64,000 nucleotides of DNA. It comes from Schmidtea polychroa. Taxonomy: Eukaryota. The notes below the pieces were generated by a model. The model saw only the letters and a program-made list of their open reading frames with translations, had not been told where the DNA came from and did no database searches. Location: the NCBI GenBank assembly GCA_044892525.1, contig CM097885.1, forward strand, positions 19,718,001 through 19,782,000. Reading direction: 5' to 3'. Both the position numbers and the translations under genes were made by a program. Shown piece by piece: positions 1 through 12,900 of this stretch; position 1 is the stretch's first letter; each line of letters starts with the position of its first letter.

Positions 1-1033
1 TTGACTATTACAATAGATGACGAAAATGGTGAGGAGCTGTATCTGATTATTCCAAATTCTTTCATTGCCTTGATTTGTCGATCACTCTCGGTTTGATGGA
101 TGTATGGGATTCTGTACGGTTTTATTTTAATTGAGTTTCATCCAGCAACGGGTTTTCGTGCTCTATGATATTTGTTAGCTCCAAATCGTATTCATGTTTC
201 GCAAAAATATCTCGATATCTCCTCAACAATTTTGTAAATTCCTGTCTTTGTTTTTCGGTCAGGTCCTTGCTCACAACTTCGGGTTCCTTATAAATTTTTA
301 CGTTTCTGGGAATTTTCTTTTCTGTTTCTACCGACATGTGAGACAGTTTTCCCAATCTTGTCTGTGGCTTTAATCGAATTGATTTATCACCATAATTCGC
401 TATTCGCACTGGTAGCAATTGTTTTTTCACTTTCACGATTTCATCGCACATTGGAGTCTCGTATTTTTCAATTAACGTTTGACTGGGTTCAAATATGAAT
501 TCATCATCATTCACACTAGTCGCGCTTGCATAATACACCACTTTTGTTTGAGGTGGGATAGTTAATGATTGGTTTAGAAACACTTCTCCTGAATTACGAA
601 TGACTTCACCTATTTTCCCCACAATCAGGTTTCCCGTTTTAAAATCAAGTGAAATTCCGTCTAACAGTTGTAACACATCCATTCCAATCAAGCACAATAC
701 AGGACAGTTCAACTTCGATTTCTCCGATTACTGGTAGCACATTTCTGGACAACGATCTGATTACACTATCGGATGGTTGGATTCGTTTTTTCTCTTCCAC
801 CGACAGTATTTCTTCTGATATATTTGTATGACTCGATACAGAATCACCACAGCTTCAACTCTGTTTTTGTTTATTTGAATTACTATTCGTGGTTGTTTGC
901 CAATTTTCGCTAATGCCATTAGTACGTAATTGCCAGGTAGGTCTAACCTATTTCTTCTTTCAATTTCTGCGCTTGGTGGATCGATTCTCTCACACTGTAA
1001 CGCAATGTTCTCAACTGGCTTCATTTCTATCAA
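1..1033 (-). pseudogene. pol: pol: aspartic protease and start of reverse transcriptase
   Basis: Frameshifted protease site (VEAVV/DSVSSHTNIS), C-terminal CLIGMDVL, then LTEKQRQEFTKLLRRYRDIFA..IEH..PYRIP..GIIRYSSSPFSSSIVIV, typical of the gypsy pre-RT/RT start. Confidence 0.85.
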
Positions 1034-1287
1034 TTTATCGACCGGATATGCTGGTAGTGGTTGTATAAATGATTTTGGTATGCATAATCTAGTGAATGTA
1101 TCCTGGTTGCCATCATTAGAAAATGATTCTTTTATTAGTTGATAATTTTTCCATGTATCGGCTTGATTCCGTTCCTCCTCGTATGACGGTGCCGATTCCC
1201 CGATGTTCTCGTTGTCACTTTTGTCCTAATTAGAAGTAGTGGTTACATCAATATAACTTACCTTTCTCTTTTTCGTCAGTCGTGCTT

Positions 1288-3112
1288 TCAACGTTTCCAC
1301 TCTCGATATTGGTGATGTGTTATGAAAAATCTGGCTAACAATGGTATACATCTAATAACCAACTTCCACGACAGACCCGTAATAGTGTATAATCTGTGTG
1401 TTGATAACACCTGCGAAACTATTACTTTAATCATGATTCCAATCACATATATTCCGATTAATCCAGCACAGGCTTGCCCGATAAACATAAATTTTCCACA
1501 AATCTTTTTCATCGTATTATACGTCGCCTTTTTGTAATGATCCACCGTTAATAAATAATCGTAATTCACTTTCCCAGTTCCACTCGGGAGAATAGTGTCT
1601 ACTATTTCCGTTATTACCCTTTCCTTTTTCGAGGGGAATAATAAATTTCGACGTGCTGCTTCAATATCATCACTTGAATACATCCCACTTTGAGTCATGC
1701 TGTCTAGCGATGTAAAGTTAATTAAATATTCTAATTTTGTCAACTCCAATTTTTCTGGGACTTTCACCCCTCTATGATCAGGTAGTGCAATCCATGATTC
1801 GGGCGTCAGGCGGTATAGTGGAGCCAATAATCTGTTGCACTGCAACACTCTCGGTTTCGCGTCCTCCTCCAATAAAATTCGTGTCACCGGCTCCATGAAT
1901 CGCAGCTTTCCATTAACATTCACAGGCAGTTCGTTTGTGCATTGATTGTATTTCATTAATTTAATAGGTACTGCCTTGCATTTATAACTATATAATGCTT
2001 CACCAAGAATTCGAGCGAATACTCCGTTTTCCGATATCAACATTGGAGCAACTAAATTCGGGTTCGTAATAGCCATCGCCATTCTGTGTCGCAGAATTTC
2101 CTTGTTTAATTTGCAATCATTTAGTATGATTTCCCTGTACACACTTTCAATTGTATCTTGGCTAAAATGAAATAAATAGTCAATCTTATTATTGAAATAA
2201 TTCGTTAGTTTAATTTCCTCTGCGTACAATTTTGTTTGAGCTTCTTCGACAACTTTCTTGGATAAATAAATTCCTTTATAATTCGTCTCATAAACAGTTT
2301 GTCCACACTTCGTATTTACGCTCTTCCTCAAGAATCTCATCCCATCGTTTGATGACATTGCCATTAAAACCGTTGGCGTTTCCTTCAAGCGTATCGGTGT
2401 GAAGAGCGTATTGATTTTATTGATTGGCATTTGATTTTAAATGTGCCAAATTGCATTTTTTGGTATCAACTTCATATACCAGAATTGACTCACCTGTATT
2501 GCAGCTTTTTCCCTCATGTTACAAAATGGATAGGTTTGCAATTTTCCCGTATCGTCATCGAATGATCCATCAAGATACCTTAATTCGGTTTCATATTCTT
2601 CTATTACGACGGTTTTGTCAATGACTGTTTGTCCTACTTTATACGCTTCACCCTCGCAATCGCCATTTGCCTTGATTATCCCCTTAACTGCTATAGATTC
2701 ACGAATTTTATAGTTTAATTTAGCTTTCAAATTAATTTCTGAATTTATTTTCAGCTCTCCCGTTTGGAACGCTGCGAAACAGTTTTCCCGTGTCACTTCT
2801 ATTACTCTCGGAATTGAGTGCATTTTGATTAATGACGAATGGCTCCATTTCCCACAGAAATATAAACGTAGTTCTTTTTGCTGTGCATTCTCTCACTTTC
2901 ACTCGTCTAAATCCCGCTTCTTGGTATACGTGGTATGTCACTTCATTTGACCATTTTAAGTTGCTCGGATATGCGTCTAAACACTCTTCTACATCTACTA
3001 GCGAATATACTTTTCCCATTTCTGTCTGGGAGCAATCGTACGCTACCAACGACGTTGTGGTATTAATAACTCCTAAGATCACCAAAATAGACATGGTTAG
3101 CCATGGAAACAT
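1288..3112 (-). pseudogene. env: Envelope/fusion glycoprotein resembling chuvirus-type G, frameshifted
   Basis: Signal peptide MFPWLTMSILVILGV, then AYDC..YSLVDVEEC, CGKWSH in the shifted frame, Cys-rich ectodomain (CKAVPI..CTNELPV..FMEPVTRIL) and C-terminal TM (ACAGLIGIYVIGIMIKVIV). Spread over ORFs 2732-3229, 2437-2823 and 1288-2430. Confidence 0.75.
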
Positions 3113-3824
3113 TATTTTCCCTCTTTTCGACTCATAATTTCTTCCCATTGTCGCAGTCTCCGACTTTGGCACCAAGTTTTCCCATCCCCTATTATGCATA
3201 ATCCAACCCCTCACATATGTATTCGTCACTTCGGTGGCTTTTTCTATCCATTTTCCGATTTATCGCATTCCAAGCATCTATATAAACCAATTTCTAGAAT
3301 AATATAAGCAAGGACTGTTAATACCAAGTCTCTGTTCAGACCGTTACTAATTAATCTCTTGACTACCGTTTCATCGCAAAATACCCTCTACTACTGGAAT
3401 CCGACTTTTTAATACCGCTGCAAGCTGATGTATGAGTTCATCGTCACAACTATTTCCTTCTTCCAGTGCATATAATTCTATTACTAACCCTTTCAAAATT
3501 GATTCTGTTTGAGATATATTCTTTAGATCCGTTTTCTCAACCACATTGGAATCTGTTCTATCGTTCTCTTCGTTTTCACCCATTAACTCGCTTTTACGCC
3601 GCTTTCAACCATTCAATTTACCTTCCGCTTCTACAAAATTCGACTCACTTTTCACTCTTTCAATCACTGGTAGCTCGTCAGTTAAATTGTTAGTTTCCTG
3701 ATTTACTGCATCATTTTCGTCCACCTCCTCAATCATATTTTCGTTTTGCTCGTCATTTATACCTTCATCTCTTGGGTCATACTTTTCTAACTCGTAGTCG
3801 TTAGGTTCCTCAGCCAATTCAGTT

Positions 3825-4989
3825 TTAATTTCTTATTATACTCTCGGATACCTGACTCACCTGTTTCTTGGCTTCGATATTATTTATATAATTCGGACTG
3901 CATCCACAATTGATTAAATATTCATCGTCGTCTAACTCAACTCCCTTGAAAGTTGGTATAATAATTCCATCATTGCCCAACATTTCCACCGCTTTCCGTC
4001 GTACTTTCGACACATTCATGCTCCAGTGTTCTTGTAAGTACTCCACCTTTCCATTCATATTTAAGGCTATTACCAATGATCTTGGTATATCATCTGACTA
4101 TCGGTGCTCACGGCCCATTTTTCGTACTATTTCTTTCAATTTCGCCTGATAGTTCGTCGTTTTATGAGTATACGGTAAAATATTTTCAAATAATTGTTCT
4201 TTCGCTTTTTGATCCATCTCCGAACCTATCATCCGTTCCAGACATTTACTAACTTCTTCTTCATCTCCAATATACAGACTATCCCGTAAATCCTGTAATT
4301 TTCCATCCCATCCTTTAAAATCTGAATTTGAATGATTAATTACATTTAATATCTTTACCTCATTTTTATATCCAGGAATCAACCCACAATCGACCAAATA
4401 TTCCCGATCCGCCAATTGACCCATCGACTGGTTTTGAAATTTATTTGCACTTCATTTGCTTTATATTTCGACATAATGAGCTCCATCAAGTCCTTTATTT
4501 GCCCATTAGGTTTAATCGAAAATTGAAATTTTCTGCCATTTCTGTCTGTAGTTTCTACGAATATGTCGGTCAAACTCTCTGTGGATCTCAGTGCTTTTCC
4601 CAATGTCTTTATTAGTTTTGCAATTTCATTGTCTTGGTATTTATTGTAAACTTTAACACACATATTTAAAATAATTTTCAATTTTCTTTGGCTAAGTTGG
4701 ATTTGAGTTAGTTCGGTAATCCACTCTTTCAATCTCGGAAGGTCTGTTTCCATTCCGGTATACCATCTTTCTATTTTATTTATCAACAGAACAGCTTTTT
4801 CATTTGATAGATCATTTTTTGCTTTATCACCAAGATTTCCGCCCGCATCAGTCTCTTTTTCGTACACCATACAAGAATCTGCTTCCTCACCCGATTCAAA
4901 CTTTGACATAAGCTTGTTTAATTTCTGTCTCATTTCCCGAAATTCATTTTCCATTTTCTCGTTAAACTCCTCCTTTTGAGCATATGCAA
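3825..4989 (-). pseudogene. Gag C-terminal extension with two ubiquitin-like domains
   Basis: In frame with gag once the hATm element is removed (NVAY|AQKEEFNEKMENEF). Two segments have a ubiquitin-fold pattern: IFVETTDRNGRKFQFSIKPNGQIKDL..GQLADREYLVDCG and VIALNMNGKVEYLQ..TFKGVELDDDEYLINCG. Confidence 0.55.
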
Positions 4990-7168
4990 TAGGGTGGGTC
5001 GAAAAATTTTTTTTTCTCCAAACATGCCTAAAAAGTTGTCCTTATGCTAGAAAATGAAATATCCCTGCAAAAGACTGCTGTTTAAAAGGGTTTACAGGTC
5101 CCAACTTTTGTTTGTATGTATTAGTACTATCCCAGTAAAAATGCTCGCACACGTGCCATTGTTAGATAAGTTAGACAATTCAACAGAAAGCTCAGAGTCA
5201 AGCGTAGAAGAATGTGATGAATTTCAAAATAGAAGACATTATCCTGAATTAAGTAAAGCTGTTGACAGATGTGGTGTGAGCAACAGAGACACGTGTTTGC
5301 TAGTAAACGCTTTTCTGAAAGATATGGAACTGTTATCCTCTCAAACAATCATCGATCCCGCAAAATTACGGCGTCAGAGAAAGTACTGGAGGGAGAGAGA
5401 AATTGAACAGCATTCAGCAGAAGCGAAAAACTTGATTTGCCTCGGTTTCGACGGGAAACAAGATTCCACCTTACTTCATAGAAGGATCCTAAAAGAGGAG
5501 CATTATGTGATTGTCGCCTTTCCAGGGGATACATATATCGATCATGTTGTACCTCAAAGTAGTAAAGCTGTGGATATTGGCAAAGAAATCATGTCAATCA
5601 TCGTTAGCACGCAGTCCTCACTGACCCTTCAAGCAATTGTGTGCGATGGAACCAATACAAACACCGGAAAAAATAATGGAATAATCAAAAGACTCGAAAA
5701 AAGCCTAGGGCAACCTCTACAATGGCTGATATGCTTGTTGCATGCAAATGAATTGCCATTCAGGAAGTATTTTTCAGTCGTCGATGGTGGAGAAACAAAA
5801 GGTCCAAAAACGTCATGTGGTGAAATAGGAAGCGTTCTTGATTTTGATCCAAAAGACAAGCCCGTAGTAGCCTTTATGTCCCTTCCTGGAAAGGTCGTAG
5901 ATATTAGTGAAAATGTCAAGAAAGAATTGAACACTGATCAATTGTATTTCCTCAGAGTATGCTTGGCAGTCCAGAAAGGGTATCACAACAACAAGGATGT
6001 CCCTTTTCTACAAATGGCACAACCAGGAAATTTGAATCACAGTCGCTGGCTAACGAAAGCTAATAGAATTCTGCGACTATATATGTCCGAAACTGCTCCA
6101 TCTGAACCTCTCATGCGAATAGTGAAATTTATTGTCAATTTCTATGGACCGTCATGGTTTTATATAAAGACTCACTCGTCATGCCAAGATGGTGCAAGAA
6201 ATATTTTTTATATGCTCCAACTTCTGCAGGATTTGGATCCATCAGACCAAGAAATCATCTTTCCTGTCATTCAGAACAACAATTACTTCTCACATCCAGA
6301 AAATATACTCCTAGCTGCTGTTGGTGATGATGATGAAGAAATCAGAAAGTTTGCAACAGAAAAAATCATAACCTCAAGACAAAATTTTCTCCCTTCCGAA
6401 GTGATTCGCACTATGGACAAGAATACTGTCTTTCTTCAGTCGTCTGCTACATCATATGTTGACATGATTGACTGGACAAAATGTAATTTGACGCCTCCCC
6501 CTCTTTTATCTCATATATTGGATCATGAATTGAAGATGAATAAGAAAATTACATTAGAACAATTTCCCTGTCATTCTCAAGCCGTTGAAAGAGCCATCAA
6601 AGATGTTTCTTCTGCCAGTTGCAAAGTGTTTGGTCACAAGTCCAGACATGGTATGGTACTACTGTGTAAAAAATCAAGGAAGGAATTGCCCAAGGTGCAA
6701 AGCAAAGCTGATTTCATGTGACTTCTTTTTATGCCCTCGCTAATACATTTCTAAACTTTTGGCTGGATGTTTTTAATAAAAAATAATTTCGAAAGTTGAT
6801 TTTTGTCTTTGAAAAGGATAATTCAAATTTGGCCCTTCCTAATCACTGACGTTGTCAGGATATATTTCAATGCGGGATGAGGACACAGAATATACTATCT
6901 CAGCCCAAGAGAGTAAATAATATACTTATAAGCTCTTAAGAAAGCTACATCTAAATATGGACAAAGGCGCAAAACACATTCCGACACTAGCCAAATTACA
7001 TTGTTTTCACACTTATGTTGAACTGCATTTTCGGAGAAAAGTTGGGAGCAGTAAATGTCCATAAATCTAAGTAAAATGGTTTGATTCGATTTTTCTATAC
7101 CAAAATACAACTTTTTAACCATGTTTCCTTTCTTGAACTCAAAATTTATTAACATTCGACCCACCCTA
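4990..7168 (+). mobile_element. hATm-type DNA transposon inserted in the LTR element
   Basis: 14-bp perfect TIR TAGGGTGGGTCGAA (4990-5003 / 7155-7168) and 8-bp TSD ATATGCAA (4982-4989, 7169-7176). Confidence 0.92.
5054..6721 (+). CDS. hATm-like DDE transposase (555 aa, uninterrupted)
   Basis: Motifs LGFDGK, VCDGTNTNTG, WLICLLHANELPFR (CxxH) and PCHSQAVER. Lies between the TIRs. Confidence 0.85.
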   Translation: MKYPCKRLLFKRVYRSQLLFVCISTIPVKMLAHVPLLDKLDNSTESSESSVEECDEFQNRRHYPELSKAVDRCGVSNRDTCLLVNAFLKDMELLSSQTIIDPAKLRRQRKYWREREIEQHSAEAKNLICLGFDGKQDSTLLHRRILKEEHYVIVAFPGDTYIDHVVPQSSKAVDIGKEIMSIIVSTQSSLTLQAIVCDGTNTNTGKNNGIIKRLEKSLGQPLQWLICLLHANELPFRKYFSVVDGGETKGPKTSCGEIGSVLDFDPKDKPVVAFMSLPGKVVDISENVKKELNTDQLYFLRVCLAVQKGYHNNKDVPFLQMAQPGNLNHSRWLTKANRILRLYMSETAPSEPLMRIVKFIVNFYGPSWFYIKTHSSCQDGARNIFYMLQLLQDLDPSDQEIIFPVIQNNNYFSHPENILLAAVGDDDEEIRKFATEKIITSRQNFLPSEVIRTMDKNTVFLQSSATSYVDMIDWTKCNLTPPPLLSHILDHELKMNKKITLEQFPCHSQAVERAIKDVSSASCKVFGHKSRHGMVLLCKKSRKELPKVQSKADFM

Positions 7169-8300
7169 ATATGCAACATTAGTATTTGCTGATTCATCTT
7201 GAAATCTAATAGATTTCTTCAATATTGGTCTGCTGAATCTTTCTAAATTCCTGGGGCATGATCGAGCCATGTGGCCATAACCTTTGCATGAATGACATTG
7301 AATTTGTCCATTGGTGTTCACTTGGTGGTGATGGGGTACCTGAAAAACAATTTCTGCTTCTGTGGCCCTTTTTCCCACAACTATAGCATTTCAAGTCATT
7401 GCTAATTGACTTACTCTCTACAAACTTTCTTCTGGGGCTGGGGTCTCTTACATATTTAAACCAGCATTGGTTTGGATAGTGTCCCACTTTCTTGCAGTGA
7501 TCGCATACTATGCTGTTAGATCTCCCGGTCACCTTACTCCCAAAAGCTGCTTTATTAATTTCGACTTTATTACTTGGTCTCGGCGAACTGATTGTTTGGG
7601 TTGGTTTCTTTGATACCCATTGTTGTCGAACTGGAGTTATCGACCTTTCTCTTTTATCGGCATTTGCAGCAAATAATTTGGATTTTCTGGTACTTTTTAA
7701 GTTCAATTCAATTTTCATGGCCTTTTTCACAAGTTCATCAAAATTCGAGAAATCCGCGTAGCACAGTGCCTTTTTTATTTCAGGAAGGGCTACATTTATA
7801 AATTGATCTTGATTTGATCTCCACTTATAAATTGATCTCTGACTTGTTTTACCATCTCAACTTGTTCAGGCTTTGCTTCGAAGGCTTTGTCTGCTAAAGT
7901 CGTTAAATGGTATGCGAATTCACTTACCGATTCATTTGAATTTTGTACTTTGGCATAAAAATTTGTCGCATTATTCTTTCTATATCGCCTCCCACCAATT
8001 TCATTGCCATCGCATCCTTGAGTTTGGCCCAATCATTTCCAATTGCCTTTTTATCCACTTGCTGCCAAGCTTCTCTTGCGGCTCCTTTTAAATAGAGTGG
8101 GAATCTTTGTGCCATTATGGCTTGTGACTACCCATAGGCCGAAGCGTACATATAATAATCGCCCATGAAATCGGCAAACTCAACCGGGTCTCCTCCATAT
8201 TGATTCACCGGTAATTTTTGACAACTGGCAAAGTCTATCATCTCAGCGTTCTCTCTGGCTATCTTTACTTTTCGGTTTCTCAAATTGTATTCACTCACTG
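7169..8300 (-). pseudogene. gag: gag with three CCHC zinc knuckles
   Basis: CDHCKKVGHYPNQC, CYSCGKKGHRSRNC and CHSCKGYGHMARSC. Capsid-like FPLYLKGAAREAW and QNSNESVSEFAYHL. Confidence 0.88.
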
Positions 8301-8432
8301 CTAAATATTAAAATTAATAATCAATAATTACTACCTCTTCCAATTTCCCCAATTTCCAATTATTTTCAAATTTTTATTACTTTAATTTTCTTCGCCTCTT
8401 TTCACTCTTCAATATTCGCCCACCAACGTTTG

Positions 8433-8450
8433 ATCACGTCGGGCTCACTA
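8433..8450 (-). promoter_or_regulatory. Primer binding site, tRNA-Trp type
   Basis: TAGTGAGCCCGACGTGAT versus the canonical Trp PBS TGGTGACCCCGACGTGAT (16/18), 7 nt downstream of the LTR end. Confidence 0.8.
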
Positions 8451-8457
8451 AAATATA

Positions 8458-9449
8458 TGTTGGGTTTTATGATATCAAAATCAACCGTTGGTTACTCTGA
8501 CTCCACGTATTCCAAAATCAATAAACACAAACTCCCAACGAATATTTCTTTTATAACAATTCACAACTCTCAACAATTAATCACACTGTTGGTTAATCAC
8601 AATTCTCACACAATTTCAGATCGGAGTCCGCTCTGGAAGGTCTCAACCTTGTACGATTAAAAAATTAAGTTTCACCTTTTGATTTAGTTCAGCTCTCTGA
8701 TCCAGACTCTTTTGACACTTCTTGTCTAACTCTTCGGTTTTTCCTACAATTCTTTTTCTTCTTTTATTCTACTTCTTTAACTCCTACTGTCGTTTTCTTC
8801 TTCCCTACGTAAGGCTATCGCCGATTATGTGAATTTGGAGTTTCCTTATATAGTATATGTAAAATATATAATATATACTCCAATAATCGTTGTAATTGCC
8901 CTATTTTTCAACTAATTGGTTTTGACTTCCTTAGTTATCATTCCCTAATTAGCTATTTCTGTTGACTCTCTTCCTGATTCCCCTTCTTTTGTTTACCCTC
9001 ATTTATCCGGCTGTTTGGATAATTGCTCTCTGACTTCCCCATTTGTTTATCCTCCCAAATTGCCGCGCTCGGGTTTTCCATTGGCTAGGGCTTCCCATTA
9101 GCTCGGGTTTCCCATTGGCCAATTAATTAATTAATATTTTTTGTTTTTATTTGCCGGTTTTACGACCCTTTCTAAACATTTTCTAAAAATTTCTTGCTCA
9201 CTGTCTTCTTCACCATTCCCTAATCTACCCCTCTCCCGTTTTCCAGCTTCAATTTCGATAACTTTTCACTTTATTCCACTTCCTCAGGTTTGCGCATTTT
9301 TTCATTTCATGTCTGATTGCACCCTTTTCTAGTTCTGTTTTTATCATATCTTTCTATGCCATTGCTTCTCTGCTTGACCGCCATTCAATTTCGGTTTTCC
9401 TTTTAATCTGAACTATATAATTTAATAATTTACTTTCATAACCTCAACA
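8458..9449 (-). repeat. 5' LTR (~990 bp)
   Basis: Starts TGTTGAGGTTATGA and ends TCATAAAACCCAACA (imperfect inverted TG..CA termini), adjacent to the PBS. The second LTR is not in the window. Confidence 0.7.
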
Positions 9450-9881
9450 TTAGAAATAACAAATATCCCTTTTTTTCAATATTGAACATATTAAATGTTG
9501 TTTTCATTGTTTAACAGAGTCAATACCCGATATCAAAATGTACTTTGTTAAAAAATAAAAACCAAAATTTGCTGAGATGTTGACTAAATCAACACCTCAT
9601 TTTTGTATATATTTCGATAAATTTCAGATGTAACATGGCTTTTATTTAAAATGCATTTAAATGTACATAAAATGTTTTCACTAACAAAAAGCAAATATTA
9701 ACAAAATTTTTATAAGCTAGATAAATAAACCTTGTGTGATACTTTAAGATACTGAGGATTAAATAAGTTATTGTTTTACATTGAAGTAAACCGATATCTG
9801 GACGGTAATTTGGATCCTTCTTTATACAATGACTGAAAAAAGTTCGTAACTAGAAATGATATGCATATTTAACAATGACAC

Positions 9882-10248
<367 letters not shown>

Positions 10249-10979
10249 TACTACTACTACCACTACTTTCAATTTTTATTGAAAAGTGAGAATTTTCGAT
10301 TATGGAATTTATGGAAGCTTCAGAAAATATTATTGCATGGTTTTTGATGGTTTTGATATTTTCAATTGAATTATTTTACTTTTAATTGGATCATAATGTT
10401 TATCATTAGACATTCCATAATGTTCTAAGAATTGAGTACACATCTTTGCACTTAAATGTGTTTAAAAAAGAAATCTATATATTTTTAAAAACGTAACTCA
10501 TTTCATTAAAAAAACAAATTAAATTTTAAAAAACACTTCATTTAAACAAAAAAAATTAATTAAAAAAGTCCAATAATCAAAGTTCAATAATTCAATAATC
10601 TTAAAACGCGCATTATTGTCAGTCATTGTTTTATTGTGTTAATATTGAATCAAAATATATATTTGCATCTATTGTTTATATACTTTTACTGAAAAGTTAT
10701 TTATGAAATTATTTCAAGGACAAGTTAATTTTTAAAACATTTTTTAAAAACGCAACTCATTTCATTAAAAGAAAACAGATTAAATTTTAAAAACCACTTC
10801 ATATAAACAGAAAAAATTAATTAAAAAAGTCCAATAATCAAAGTTCAATAATTGAAAAAGCAAAGTTAATAAATATGTGGAAATTATACGCATTATTAAT
10901 TATTAAACAGTAGTGTAAACTATTACTTTTTTATATCAACCGACTCATTGACCAGCACTAGGTATTTGGTGACCTAATC

Positions 10980-12900
10980 CAGGGGTCGGCAAAATATGGC
11001 TCTTGAGCTAGACCTGGCTTTTTTTGTACCCAAATATGGCTCTTTTTGATATTTGCAGGAATGTACAAATTTACAAAATCTCTACCACATAATATGAAAT
11101 TTAATACAGGAATCCTTCGGCTAATGCACGCTTGCTAAACAAAATTTTAATTTAATGAAAGTGATGAATTATGCAAAAATTCAATAACCAAATTCAATAT
11201 TCATTTTAAAATTTGAAATCGAAGCAGATCTCAGCTGATAAGGAAAATTACAAGAAATTTGTTTCACGAAATTCAAATGCAACAAATTGTTTCGTCTTGT
11301 AAATTATTAAGTGATAATCATCATTGCAGACAAGGATAATATATTTCTATACAATTTTATATAAATATGTAGGATTATTGTAGACAACTACCGTATTTCC
11401 CCTATAATAAGACCTACCTCGAAAATAAGACCTAGCATGAATTATTCGCCCACAAAAAATATAAGACCTACCCTGAAAATAAGACCTACCTTGAAAGATC
11501 TGTTTACTTATTTACATAACGAAAAAAATAGTAATTTTAATTCAAATTAGCCATAAATATATGCTTTAAAGTGTCAAATACTGGCAAATCTGTTAGTTAT
11601 TCAATCCCCAATCCAATGATCATGACCATAATTTTAAAATCACATGTGTCGGTTTTACATGGGTTTTTAGGTATTTTAATACATGTTCTGTTCAGATGTC
11701 TTACATACACCTCCTTCACGTGTAGTTTAGGTTCGAACATATTGAATTGCTCGGGCAATTGCATTTTAGCATATTGTTATAAAATTTATATTTTTTTTTA
11801 TTTATCCCTGGCACTTTCTTTCGATTTTACGTCATAAGGTTGTTATGCCCGAAAAAAAATAATTTTTTTTGACTGAAAAAAGTTAGTCACATTTATAAGT
11901 CACTATAAACGAAACATAAAGATATTAGACCATAAATCGTGATTCGCATGGTATACGGGCGTCACGCATGTGAAATGTGTGTTATTTATTTTTCATTAAA
12001 ATGAAATAATGTGATATAGATAAACTTTTCACAGTGGATACTTTGTTTCAACAAAAATTGCATTTATATGATCAACAATCTAATTACCCGAAAATAAGCC
12101 CTAGGTAGCTTTTTTTCTGAAAATTTGAAGTAAGACAGTGTCTTATTTTCGGGGAAATACGGTATTCATTTCATAAACATGGAATTGAATTGAAATTATT
12201 ATTATGTTTGCTGAGCAGGAAATAGTTACGGTTTGTAAGTTACAGTAAGTCAAAAGCCCTTTATCTCAGCGCTGTCCAATATTTTGAGTTTTCGGAATTT
12301 TAATATATTTCAAATACTTCAAAGATAGCATTGACGAATTGAGAAATTCCTTACTCAAAAGGTTCCAAGACTTCAAGGATTACAAAAATTTATTGTCATT
12401 TTTGATAAAACCGCTGAGATGTGATTTAGAATATTTTGATTTTTCAATATTATCTAATATTAATTGTACTGCTTTTGAATTGCAATTTACTAATCTAAAT
12501 TCAGAGGAAATGCGTACGTCAAAATTTTATGATTATGGACGCAAATTGGAAGAGCGTAATCAGGAATGCAGTAAATTGATTTCAGATCACAAGTGGACTG
12601 AACTTTAAGACATTACACTTATTGACAAAATTGTGTTCGAGACAAGGAACAGCCTTCCTGAATCATATTATTCTCTGAAACAGTGCGCATATGCCATATT
12701 GACTATATTCGGTTCAACATTTTGCTGCGAGCAAACTTTTTTCTACTATGAACCTGATAAAAAGCAAATTCAGATGTTCACTGACAGAAGAGAGTCTCCA
12801 AGATTGTCTGAAAATGAAAATAACGGAGTACCAACCGGACATCGAAAAATTATCAAGTGAGATGCGGTGACAAATTTTAGCCTCAAGTTCATTAAAAGTG
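10980..12900 (+). mobile_element. Decayed hAT (Charlie/SPIN-like) transposon remnant
   Basis: Terminus CAGGGGTCGGCAA at 10980. Dimerisation-domain fragment LPESYYSLKQCAYAILTIFGSTFCCEQTF at 12650-12745. Right end not found. Confidence 0.7.
11391..12162. mobile_element. Non-autonomous Tc1/mariner(pogo)-like MITE
   Basis: TIR CCGTATTTCCCC..AATAAGAC / GTCTTATTTTCGGGGAAATACGG, TA on both sides, repeated subterminal TAAGACCTA motifs. Confidence 0.85.

Larger units (their letters stand above)
1..9449 (-). mobile_element. Decayed Ty3/gypsy-type LTR retroelement with envelope-like gene (3' part runs out of the window)
   Basis: In minus-strand order: LTR, PBS, CCHC gag, glycoprotein, aspartic protease, start of gypsy-type RT. 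Many stops and frameshifts. Confidence 0.85.

Noticed and set aside
10480..10860. ~115-bp direct repeat pair
   Set aside because: AT-rich local duplication with no associated structure.
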